DNA of 64,000 bases from Scyliorhinus canicula (GCF_902713615.1 NW_024055744.1:346593-410592), one strand, 5' to 3'. Positions 11,140 to 22,050 are shown, numbered from the stretch's first letter. Notes: generated by a model from the sequence alone, not told the origin. A program made the numbers and translations.

Positions 11140-11710
11140 TGCTAGAAATTTACAGCACAGAGGAGGCCATTCAGCCCATTGTGTCTGTGTTGGCTGAAAA
11201 CGGTTTATCCAATCCACTTTCCACCTCTTGGTCTGTAGCCCTGCAGGTCACAGAAACTCCACATCAGGGTGTCTTTCAATGTGATGAGCGTTTCTGTCTC
11301 TACCACCCTTTCAGACAGAGTTCCAGATCCCCACCACCCCCCTGGGTGAAGAAAATCCTCAATTCCCCCCTAATCCTTCCAACAGATACTTAAATCTCTG
11401 ACCCTAGGTTAATGACCAGCCTGTTAATGAAATAGGTCCTTCTGCCGTCTGATCCACTGCATCTGGGACACTCATGATTTTATGCATCTCAATTAAATGT
11501 CCACTCAGCCTCCTCTGTTCCACAGAAAACAATCCCAGTCGATCCAATCTTTCCTCTTGTTAAAATTCCCCAATCCTGGAAACATCCAGAAAAACCTCTT
11601 CCGTCCTCTCTGCAGGAAGAATGTGATTGTACTGGAATGTGATGACCAGAACTGTACTCCGTACTCTAGCTGTGATATAACTCATGATTTTAGAATAACC
11701 ATTCTGTAAC
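11140..11710 (-). mobile_element. CR1 3' fragment, old
   Basis: Reverse-complemented CR1 tail (acagcacagaggaggccattcagccc) and degenerate RT C-terminus. Confidence 0.65.
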
Positions 11711-12524
11711 CTTCAATGTGATGGAAACTGACAGCTGCAACCTGTCAGTATTTGAAAGATATTTACAAATAATTTAAGAGTTTCTTACAGTTGGGGCCTT
11801 TCTCTGTCCTGTCCATTCGAGGTGTTTGATAACAGCCTTTCTCCTGTGAATATCTAGCTGGAGTTTTGGGACCTGATGTGTTTCCTTGTTCATCTTGTTG
11901 ACTCTAAACATTGAATCTTGTGGTTCAGACACCAGAGAATCAAACTCCCAACAACAGATTGTCTGTTACTGACTTTCTTAACAGCTCTGCAATAAAACAG
12001 ACAGTCAAATCCTTACATGGTTCTGGTCCTCAGTGACATACTTAAATGATCAGCTTTAGATGTAATTCATATATTCCACAGGAAACTAAAGCGCTTCCTG
12101 CAAGCCAGAGAGTAAGGGAGTGAATCTGAACCGTGTCCCTGGGAAAGGAGCACCCTCGGGGACCAGTCATCTGCCTTTCACTCGGGGACTGGGACCGAGC
12201 CGCAAACCACCCATCAAGGAAGCCCACAAAGCTGGCCTGGCTTTCAAATCGGCCTATGGGGAGGTATATTAAGCCCGCCTCCACTCATAACACCAATCGC
12301 AGCTGGAAATCGGAGTAGGAAATCATTAACCAGTCGCTGTGTGTGCAGGAAATCATTAACCAGTGGCTCTGAGTGCGGGAATTCATTAAACAGTGAACTT
12401 TGTGTTAATTTTCGGAAAACCACTTTTACTTGGAATTATTTTTCCATGGAAGTGGATGATCAGCCATGATCATATTAGAGAACAGAGCATGCTCAATGGG
12501 ATGAATGGCCTGCTCCATTCTTAT

Positions 12525-13490
12525 GTACCTGTCCTGGGAGTGTTTGATGGTGACAGTGTAGAGTGAGCTTTACTCTGTACCTAACACCGTGCTGTACCTG
12601 TCCTGGGAGTGTTTGATGGGGACAGTATAGAGTGAGCTTTACTCTGTATCTAACACCATGCTGTACCGGTCTTGGGAGTGTTTAATAGGGGCAGTGTAGA
12701 GGGAGCTTTCCTCTGTATCTAGCCCCGTGCTGTACCCGTCCTGGTAGTGTTTGATGGGGATGGTGTAGAGGGAGCTTTCCTCTGTATCTAGCCCCGTGCT
12801 GTACCTGTCCTGGTAGTGTTTGATGGGGATGGTGTAGAGGGAGCTTTACTCTGTATCTAACCCTGTTCTGTACCTGTCCTGGGAGTGTTTGATGGGGACA
12901 GTGTGGAAGGAGCTTTACTATGTATCTAACACCATACTGTACCTGTCCTGGGAGTGATTGATGGTGACAGTGTAGAGTGAGCTTTACTCTGTATCTAACC
13001 CCGTGCTGGACCTGTCCTGGGAGTGATTGATCGGGACAGTGTAGAGGGAGGGAGTTTTACTTTGCATCTAACCCCGTGCTGTACCTGTCCTGGGAGTGTT
13101 TGATGGTGACAGTGTAGAGTGAGCTTTACTCTGTATCTAACCCTGTGCTGGACCTGTCCTGGGAGTGATTGATCGGGATAGTGCAGAGGGAGCTTTACTC
13201 TGTATCTAACCCCGTGCTGTACCTGTCCTGGGAGTGTTTGATGGTGACAGTGTAGAGTGAGCTTTACTCTGTATCTAACCCTGTGCTGGACCTGTCCTGG
13301 GAGTGATTGATCGGGACAGTGCAGAGGGAGTTTTACTCTGCATCTAACCCTGTGCTGAACCTGTCCTGGGAGTATTTGATGGGGACAGTGTAGAAGGAGC
13401 TTTCCTCTGTATCTAACCCCACGCTGTAACTGTCCTGGGAGTGTTTGATGGGGACAGTGTAGAGGGAGCTTTACTCCCTGTCTAGCACGT
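12525..13490. repeat. 69-bp minisatellite, ~14 copies
   Basis: Unit gtacctgtcctgggagtgtttgatggggacagtgtagagggagctttactctgtatctaaccccgtgct; starts at 12525 and 12594 give period 69. Confidence 0.95.
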
Positions 13491-13802
13491 TGCTCTGTGT
13501 AGATGAATGTGGGTCACACTCCAGCTTTTCACACTTTGAGCCGGTGTTTTCTCTTTCTGCCCGTGTTTATCCATGTCAAATGTTTAAATATTCAGGAGGA
13601 ACAATGTTTATGATGAAACCCGATCAAGCCCCTCGTCTGGAGCCTCAGCCACAGGCTCCAGCTGGTGTGTAAACTGTAACCAGATCCCAGCAGGATTAAA
13701 ACAAGCTGACAAGCGGCAGTAGCTCCTTGTACAGCGAAAGCTGCTCCCGGACCGTCAGCAGATACAGGACCGAAGAAGACCCTCAAACTCTTCACCATAA
13801 AT

Positions 13803-13816
13803 ATGAAGCTTACGAG
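13803..13816 (+). CDS. lingo: Predicted first coding exon of the LINGO gene (MKLT + phase-2 R)
   Basis: aaatATGAAGCTTACGAG|gtaatc donor; phase 2 matches acceptor ttttgcag|G at 14985, giving MKLTRPGGRTLLPVVWPPLL signal peptide. Confidence 0.65.
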
Positions 13817-14489
13817 GTAATCACGATTTTCAGTCAAATATATTCAATCCCTCCCATCTCTCTCTGTACCCCGAAGCCCGCCATTGCATAGAAATTTGGG
13901 AAGGACACAAAGGTGTTTGTGGGAGCGAGGTGAAGCCACAAGAGGGGATGATGATGTGGGGGGATGTTGTGGAGGGTAGTGGAGAGGGTCCGGGAGGGAA
14001 GGTGGACAAGGCTGTGTCATGGGGGCGGGGTGGGGATTCTGGAGAGGATCCAGTCCGGGACGGGGGGTTCTAGAGGCCCCGGGGAAGGTACTGAAGAGTG
14101 GGGGAGATCCCCCCTCAGTGATGGGGTCTATGGTGAAGAGAGTCAAACCACAGAATCCCTACAGTGCAGAGGGAGGCCATTCAGCCCATCGGTTCTGCAC
14201 CGACCCTGTGAAAGTGCACCTGAATCTAGGCCCACTCCCCTATCCCCGTAACCCCACCCATCCTGCACATCTCTGGAGAGTGGGGTGGGGAAGAGAACCT
14301 GGGATGGAGAGACTGTCGAATACGTGGCCCAAAGGAGAGGGGCTGGTGGTGTTCGGGACACCGGGGATCCCGTGTGTGAGGGGGCTCCTGTGGGTGTCTG
14401 GGGAAAGGGGTTCCTCTGCGCGCGGGCGTTTGTGTTTGTGGGGAGGTGGGGCATCCTGTTTCTGGATGTGTGGGGCGGGGGGTCCTGTG

Positions 14490-14940
14490 CTCTTGTGTGT
14501 GTGTGTGGGGGGGGGGGGGGTGGTCCTGTACTGTCGTGTGTGTGTGTGGGGGGCCCTGTGCTGTTGTGTGTGTGTGTGGGGGGCCCTGTGCTGTTGTGTG
14601 TGTGTGTGGGGTGGGCGTCCCGGGGTGGGGGGGGGGGGGGGGTGGGGAGTGTTGAGCGGACGCCTGGGGGAGGGGGTCGTGTGTGTGTGTGCGGGGGGGG
14701 GGGGTGTCCTGTGTATGGGCCGTGGTGTCCTGTGTGTGGGTGTGTGTCTGCGGGGAGGTGTTCTATGTGTGGGGGGAGGTGATCTGTGGGTGGGGGGGAG
14801 GTGATCTGTGGGTGGGGAGATGTGTTGGTGGAGGTGTGCTGTGTGTGTGTGTGTTTGTTTGTAATGGGGGGGGAGGGGAGGTGTTCTGTGTGTGGGTGTG
14901 TGTGTGGGAGAGGTGCCCTGTGTGTGGGTGTGTGTCTGGG
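14490..14940. repeat. GT-rich low-complexity tract with poly-G runs (LINGO intron)
   Basis: (GT)n runs, G12-G18 runs, repeated gggggccctgtgctgttgtgtgtgtg. Confidence 0.9.
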
Positions 14941-14984
14941 GGTCCAGCTCCCCTCACTGACCCCCTGTTGTGTTTGTTTTGCAG

Positions 14985-16917
14985 GCCAGGGGGCAGGACG
15001 CTGTTGCCGGTGGTGTGGCCTCCTCTCCTCCCCCTGCTCCTCCTCCTGGGTCCGGGGCTCGGCTGCCCCTCCGACTGCCTCTGCTGGAGCCCCAACCGGA
15101 CGGTGAGCTGCTCGTCCCGGGGGCTGGAGGCGCTGCCGCGGGGGATCCCGGCTGGCACACGGGCGCTGGACCTGAGCGGCAACCGGCTGGAGCGGCTGGA
15201 CTGGGGCCCGGCGCGAGGCCTGAGCCGTCGGCTGGAGGAGCTGGAATTGGGCCATAACCGGCTGCGGGAGCTGGAAGCCGGCGCCCTGGGTGGCCTGGAG
15301 CGGCTAAGGCGCCTGGGCCTAGGCCACAACCTCCTGCGCTACCTGCAGCCCGGAGCCCTCCGCGGCCTGGCCGCCCTCCACAGCCTGGAGCTGGCCGGCA
15401 ACCCGCTGCTGCTGCTCAGCGATCACACCTTCCGCGGCCTGGCCGCCCTGCGCACCCTCAGTCTGGGCTCCCCCGAGCTGGCCTGGGCCGGCCCGCAGGC
15501 CTGGGCAGGCCTCAGCGGCCTCAACCAACTCACCGTCCGCGGCGCCGCGCTGGCCTGGCCGCCTGGGCCTGTCCTCTCCCCCCTCCTCAATCTGACCGCC
15601 CTCCGCCTGCTGGCCTTTCCCAAGGCCACCGCCCTGCCCGGCCGCCCCTTCCAGGGCCTCTCCCGTCTCCGCCTGCTGGAAATCGACTCCTGGGCCTCAC
15701 TGGCCCAACTAGGCCCCGATTGCCTCCTGGGCCTCAATTTGGTCTGGCTCTCAGTCACCCGCTGCAACCTCAGCGACGTTCCCTATGCCAGCCTGAGGAC
15801 TCAGGCCTACCTGCGCTTCCTCAACCTCTCCCACAATCCCATCACTGCCATCCGCGGAGCGCTGCTGCAGCATGTGACCCGCCTGGAGGAGCTGCGATTG
15901 GTGGGCGGCCGCCTGCGCGTCATCCATGACGCCGCCTTCCGGGGCCTTATCTACTTCCGGCTGCTGGACGTCACGGCCAATCAGCTGGCCAGCCTGCCGG
16001 CCACCGCCTTCCGCTCGCTGGCCTCCCTCCAGAGCCTGGGCCTCGGCCTCAACCCGCTGGCCTGCGACTGCCGCCTGCTCTGGATCGTCCGCCGGCGCCA
16101 TCGCCTCCGCTTCCTGGGCTCCCAGCCGCCCGCCTGTGCCTCCCCGCCCGCCCCTCCGCGGGCGCCGCCTGCCCGAGGCCGCCGGCTCCCTCCCTGCCAG
16201 CACCTTCAGCTGCCGCCGGCCCCGCATCCGCGACAAGAGGCCGCAGCGGCTGCAGGCCCGAGAGGGCCAGACCATCACCCTGCGCTGCTCGGCTGACGGC
16301 CAGCCGCTGCCCCTCATCCTGTGGCTCAACCCACGGCGCCAGCGGCTAGGCCACCCCGAGGCTGGGATGGGCCTCCCCGGGGGCCTGGGCCTAATAGCCG
16401 AGGACCAGGGCCTGAACCCCGAGGACCGCGGCCTCCTCCCCGGGCGTCCGGACCCCAGCCTGCCCCCCGCGCCCCCGCTCCTCTCTGGCCCCGCTGTGGG
16501 CCGCAGCCGCCTCCTGCCGGACGGCAGCCTGCAGATCACCTCGGTCCGCCGCATGGACTCCGGCACCTACCGCTGTGTGGCCCGCAACGCCGGCGGCAAC
16601 GCCACGGCCTCAGCTTCGCTACAGGTGCGGCCGCTCTCGCTGCAGGAGCTGGGACTGGCTGGGCGCTCCGACTCCCGGGCCAAGGCCGGCCAAGGCCCGG
16701 ATACCCCTTCGACACCCACACGCTGCTGGTGGCCACCACCATGGGCTTCACCTCTTTCTTCACCGTGGTGTCGCTCTGCTTCACTTTACTCTTCATCTGG
16801 AGCCGGGTCAGCGGGCCCATCAAACACAACATCCATGTCGACTTCGTGCCGCACGCTGGCGGGGGCGGCGGAGGCAGCAGCGGGGATGACGCCAAATACA
16901 ACATGAAGATGGTCTGA
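14985..16917 (+). CDS. lingo: LINGO-family LRR/Ig transmembrane protein, main exon (two frameshifts in this sequence; ~648 aa if repaired)
   Basis: Signal peptide, LRRNT CPSDCLC, LRR array, LRRCT NPLACDCRLLW, Ig I-set (LRCSADG...DSGTYRCVARN), TM LLVATTMGFTSFFTVVSLCF, tail KHNIHVDFVP...KYNMKMV; paralog number not determined. Confidence 0.9.
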
Positions 16918-16959
16918 GGGCTGACGTCACTGTTCCTGAGACGTCACTGCGACCCCATC

Positions 16960-18300
16960 TATGCCTCAATTGCTAAAGGACAAGTGCCCCATATGCCTCT
17001 TTCACCATCCTATTAACCTGCCCTTCCACCTTTAGAGATCTATGGACAAACACGCCAAGGTCCCTTTGTTCCTCAGATGTCACAGTGTCAGGCCGTTCAT
17101 TGAATGCTTCCTTTTCAAATTACTTCTTACAAAGTGTGTCACCTCACATTTTTCAGGGTTAAATTCCATCTGCCCCGTTTCTGCCCATTTGATCATCCTG
17201 TCTATATCTTCCTGTAACCCAAGACACTCAACCTCACTGTTAGTCACCAGGCCAAGCTGTGCGTCATCCATAAAGGTAACGATTCTACCCCACACAAAGT
17301 CATCTATGGCGTTTATATAAATGACAAACAACAGGGGACCCAGCGCAGATCCCTGTGCTAACCCCACTGGACACTGGCTTCCAGACACTAAAGCAGCCGT
17401 CTGTCATCACCCTCTCCTACAGCTAAGCCAATTTTGAATCCACCTTACCATGTTACTCTGTATCACATGTGTATTTGTCTTCTTTATAAAGTCTCCCATG
17501 TGGGATCTTGTCAAAGGCTGAAATCTGTGTAAACTACGTCACTACCACCATCAACACACCTGGTGTCAATCAATCAATCAAAATTTGTGAGGCATGACCT
17601 CCCGCTGAGCCATGCTGACTATTCCTGATCAAACCTTGCCTCTCCAAGTGGAGATAGATTCTCTCCTTCAGAATTTTCTCCGATAGTTTCCACTACCACT
17701 GACGTGAGACTCACTGCTTTGCAGTTCCCTGGCTTATCTCGACAATCTTCCTTAAATAGTGGGATCATATTAGCTGATCTCCAGTCCTCTAGCACCAACC
17801 TCATAGCCAAAGAGGAATTAGAAATTTGGGTCAGGGCCCCTGCAATCTCGCCTCCCACAGCATCCTGCAACACAATTCGTCCAGACCTGGAGATTTTAAG
17901 CCTGCCAACACTTCCAATGCCTTGGCACTCCTTCTGTCAATTCGCTCAAGAAACTCTCGATCTCTCTCCCCGAGTTCCATATCTACCTCCTCATTCTCTT
18001 GGCTGGAGACAGATGTGAAATATTTGTTCATCACCCAACCAATGTCCTCTGAAGTTTCTCTCCATTTAAATAATAAGTTGTCTTTTTATTCCTCTGACCA
18101 AAATGGATAACCTTAGACTTATGCATGTTAATTTCCATCTTCTCAAATGTATTCTGGAAGTCCAAATATCTGGCTTATTACTTCAAACAACTCCAAACAA
18201 ATGAGTCAAACACAATCTACCCTTCACAAAACCACGCTGACTGATGGATTGCGGTTTGACTTTCCAAATGTCCAGTTACTACTTCCTCAATAATGGATTC
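16960..18300 (-). mobile_element. CR1 ORF2 fragments
   Basis: QGSALGPLLFVIYIN, WRSANMIPLFK, CKAVSLTSVV motifs. Confidence 0.85.
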
Positions 18301-18399
18301 CAAGTCTCCCAACAAGAGGTTTTAAACTAACTAGTTTCCTATTTTCTGCCTTTTTGAACAGGAGGGGTTACATTAGACTTGCCCACTAATGCAGTGACA

Positions 18400-19100
18400 T
18401 TGTCACTGGGTCAGTGACGCCCCCCTGGTCTCTCTGAGGTTGTTTGTGGAGAGAAGCCAGAAGTGACGGACTGTGAGAGTGGAGACTGTTCAATGTTTCA
18501 CATTCGGCTCTGGGGCCCCACTGGTGTCAGTAAACCCCGTCCCCCGACACTGACCTCTTACCTGACACCTCACAATGCCCGGGCAATGATTGACGGCAGC
18601 TGCTGACCAATAGGGTTCAGGGGGCGGATTCAGATGACTGGACGGGAGTGGCTGGTCCTCCAGCCAATCGGAGTGAATGAGGGGGCGGGACTGGGGCAAG
18701 TGAAACATGCGCAGTGCGATTAATGGCGGCGCAACGAAAGTTCTTTCTGGGATCCAAAATCCGGAAAGTTGGGAATGGCGGAAGCGAGGGAGAGCTCGAT
18801 TAGGCGCGTCGTTGGACACACTTCTTAAACATGTTATGTAAACCGAAAACCCGGAAGAATAACCTACCGGTACCGGGGGCCCTGAGCTTTCTCAGAGACG
18901 GGACAGCGAGTCCGCCATCTCTCCACGCACCAGCGTAGCTGCGCATGCGCATTCGCCAACTTTATTGGGGCGCTCGCTGCCGTGCGCGCGCGCGCGCACC
19001 CACCACCTGTGCTGGGGGCGGTAGTAGCGAAGCGCACGCGCATCCACCATCTTCATTGGGGGCAGCAGCAGGCTCAGTCGCCATCATTGTTGAGGGCAAT
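18400..19100. promoter_or_regulatory. CpG-island-like promoter / first-exon region, copy 1
   Basis: CCAAT boxes, GC boxes, ETS-like ccggaa, NRF1 GCGCATGCGC (18941-18950), YY1-like CCGCCATCT; - strand donor CAG|GTAAGA at 18561. Confidence 0.65.
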
Positions 19101-19315
19101 ATTTTTCAAATGTTTCTTCATGACAGAGTGTTTAACTCCGAGTTACAAATTCGTATGTATGAGACGTATGTATGAACAATTATATCTGTCCAGGGTAGTG
19201 ACAACAATTCGTATTTATTGTGCCTTGACACATCTCAGAGAAATGTTATAAAATAACAATTGACAGTGAGCAACATGAGGAGATATTAGATTTTAAGGAT
19301 AATCTTAACAGAGGA

Positions 19316-19556
19316 TGATGTGTTGGGCAGACTGGGTCGATGTGGACTGCACTTGATGCAGTGTAGCGAGAGACAGACTTCCAACACTTGATGAAATGCA
19401 ACACGATTTTATTTTACATCTAAACTATTATACATGTTCAACTGTGGATTGGCACGATACTGACTTGACTGGAGACCTGATACTAGCCTAACCAGATTTA
19501 AGTGTCAATCACTGCCTGTCTGCACTCCATTATATACATAGATGTATATCATGACA
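19316..19556 (-). mobile_element. Solo LTR, 241 bp, 5-bp TSD GAGGA
   Basis: TG...CA ends; TSD 19311-19315 and 19557-19561; TATATAA then AATAAA on - strand; single GAGGA at the paralogous site ~42840. Confidence 0.85.
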
Positions 19557-19637
19557 GAGGAAAGTGAGTTAGAGAGTCGCAGAGTTTTAAGGAGGAAATT
19601 CCAGAGCTTGTGGCCCAGTCAAATGATAAAAGGCCAG

Positions 19638-19741
19638 CAACGAAAGGGAAAATGCTGGAAAATCTCAGCAAGTCTGGCAGCATCTGTCGGGACAGAAAAG
19701 AGCTAACATTTCGAGTCCGATGACTCTTTGTCAAAGCTGAG
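19638..19741 (-). mobile_element. 104-bp Penelope-like mini-element with degenerate hammerhead ribozyme fold, 10-bp TSD
   Basis: AAAAGGCCAG direct repeats at 19628-19637 and 19742-19751; - strand AGCU-UUGACAA-A-GAGUC-AUCG-GACUC-GAA-AUGU-U-AGCU. Confidence 0.65.
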
Positions 19742-19941
19742 AAAAGGCCAGTAATGGTGGACCGAATAAATTAGGAGTGCAATAGTGGCTGGAATTAAAT
19801 TAGTGCAGAGATCTTGAAGGGGTATGGAGGAGATGACAGTGATCAGAATGATCACAACTAGAAGAAACAAAGAATGGGAAATTTCAACTTTTGGTCCTTC
19901 TTAAAAGGAAAGTGAGCACAGGGGATGGTTAAACAAGACTT

Positions 19942-20278
19942 AGAACAGTACAGCACAGAACAGGCCCTTCGGCCCTCAATGTTGTGCCGAGCCATGATCA
20001 CCCTACTCAACCCACGTATCCACCCTATACCCGTAACCAAACAATCCCCCCTTAACCTTACTTTTTATTAGGACACTACGGGCAATTTAGCATGGTCAAT
20101 CCACCTAACCCGCACATCTTTGGACTGTGGGAGGAAACCGGAGCACCCGGAGGAAACCCACGCACACAGGGGGAGGACGTGCAGACTCCACACAGACAGT
20201 GACCCAGCCGGGAATCGAACCTGGGACCCTGGAGCTGTGAAGCATTTATGCTAACCACCATGCTACCCTGCTGCCCCA
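19942..20278 (-). mobile_element. V-SINE (HE1-like), full length
   Basis: tRNA-like head, V-core, tail agggccgaagggcctgttctgtgctgtactgttct. Confidence 0.9.
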
Positions 20279-20344
20279 GTTTGTACACTTGTTTGTATTG
20301 TATCTGTTTCATTGTCACATGTACTGAGGTACAATGAAAAGTAT

Positions 20345-20551
20345 TGTTCTGTGTACAGTCAGAGGTTCTGATGTGGAGATGCCAGCGTTGGACTGGGGTG
20401 AGCGCAGTAAGAAGTCTTCCAACACCAGGTTAAAGTCCAACAGGTTTGTTTCAAATAATTAGCTTTCAGAGGAAGGAGCAGTGCTCCGAAAGCTAGTCAT
20501 TTGAAACAAACCTGTTGGGAATTGAACCTGGTGTTGTAAGACTTCTGACTG
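20345..20551. mobile_element. Penelope-like inverted terminal repeat (hairpin) with hammerhead remnant
   Basis: ~63-bp arms 20405-20467 and 20488-20551; central GAGGA-A-GGAGC-AGT-GCTCC-GAAAGCTA. Confidence 0.6.
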
Positions 20552-21046
20552 CAGTCATAAGTTCATAAGATACAGGAGCAGAATTAGGCCATTTGGCCCA
20601 ACGTGTCTACTCCGCCATTCTATCATAGCTGATATGTTCCTCATCTGCTACCCACAATGCTAAAGACCAAGAGCTGGATTGCAAAATCAGCCAGAGCATC
20701 TCCTCCCGAGAACACATGACCGAGGAGCAGGAGTAGGCAATGCAGCCTCCCGAGCCTAAACACATTGAATGTGATCATGGCTGATCCCATCCTGGGCTCA
20801 ACTCCGCTGTCCTCCATAAGCCTTCAACACATTACTAATTAAAAATCTGTCTAACTCCTCTTTGAATTTATTCACTGTCCCTTCATCCACCGCACTCTGG
20901 GTAGCGAATTCCACAGATTCACAACCCTTTGGAAGAAGTAGTTTCTCTTCAAATCTGTTTTAAATTTGCTACCTCTTATTCTAAGATTATGACCTCTCGT
21001 TTAAAATGCCCCACAAGAGGAAGCATCAGCTCCACGTCTACTTTAT

Positions 21047-21345
21047 GATCTTCATTATTGTCACAAGTAGGCTTACATTAACACTGTAATGAAATTACTG
21101 TGTAAATTCCCTAGTCGCCACATTCCAACACCTTTTCAGGTACACAGAGGGAGAATTCAGGATGCCCAAATTAACCACCAGCATGGCTTTCGGGACTTGT
21201 GGGATGAAACCGAAACGCCCAGAGAAAAGCCACGCCGACACAGGGAGAATGTGCGGACACCGCAAAGACAGTGACCTAAGCCGGGAATCGAACCTGGGAC
21301 CCTGGCGCTGTGAAGCAACAATGCTAACCACTGTGCTACCTTGCC
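21047..21345 (-). mobile_element. V-SINE with alternative (gtggcgactagg) tail
   Basis: Same head and core as HE1-like copies, different 3' tail. Confidence 0.85.
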
Positions 21346-21349
21346 GTCC

Positions 21350-22050
21350 ACTATCCATACCTTTTAACATCTTCTTTACCTCAATTAGATCTCCCCTCAT
21401 TCTTCTAAACTCCAGAGAGTATAGGCCTAAACTGTTCAACCTTTCCTCATACGACAAACCCCCCATCTCTGGAATCAATCAAGTGAACCTCCTCTGAACT
21501 GCCTCCAATGCCACTACAACTTTCCTCAAAAAGGGGTCAAAACTGTGCACAATACTCCAGGTGCGGTCTTACCAATGCCGTGTATAGTTGCAACAACTCT
21601 TTATTACTCAATTCCTTTTGCTAACATTCCATTTTCTTTCCTAACCTATCTATATCCATTTGTAAGGTTCTTATTTTCTCATTGCAGCTTCCTGTCCCAC
21701 CTATTTTTGTGTAATCTGTGAATTTGGTTATAGAACCTTCTATACCTGTATCCAAGTTGTTAATATAGATTGTAAATAGCTGGGGCCCAAGGACCGAACT
21801 CTGTGGCAGCCCACTAGTTACATCTTGCCATCCAGAAAAATATCCATTATCCTGACTCGCTGTCTCCTGTCTGTCAGCCAGTCTTCTATCTAAACTAATA
21901 ATTTACTCCTTATCCCATGTGATTTCACCTTGTCAATTAACCTTCTGTGCGGCAACTTATCAAACGCCTTCCGGAAGTCCAGATATACTACATCTCCAGG
22001 ATCCCCATTATCCACTTTGCTCGTTACATCTTCGAAGAACTCACAATTCT
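21350..22050 (-). mobile_element. CR1 RT fragment
   Basis: LYSLEFRRMRGDLIEV; LDFRKAFDK on - strand. Confidence 0.8.

Noticed and set aside
12525-13490. CRISPR-like array
   Set aside because: Contiguous units with no unique spacers, no cas genes, vertebrate context; a minisatellite
14019-15255. Long ORFs of 261, 370 and 165 aa, and the Cys/Val-rich N-terminus of the 537-aa ORF
   Set aside because: Produced by GT/G-rich low-complexity intron sequence and the antisense of a GC-rich exon
16349-16498. Micro-intron explaining the Ig-domain insertion
   Set aside because: No plausible GT donor at the 5' end and the frame is open throughout
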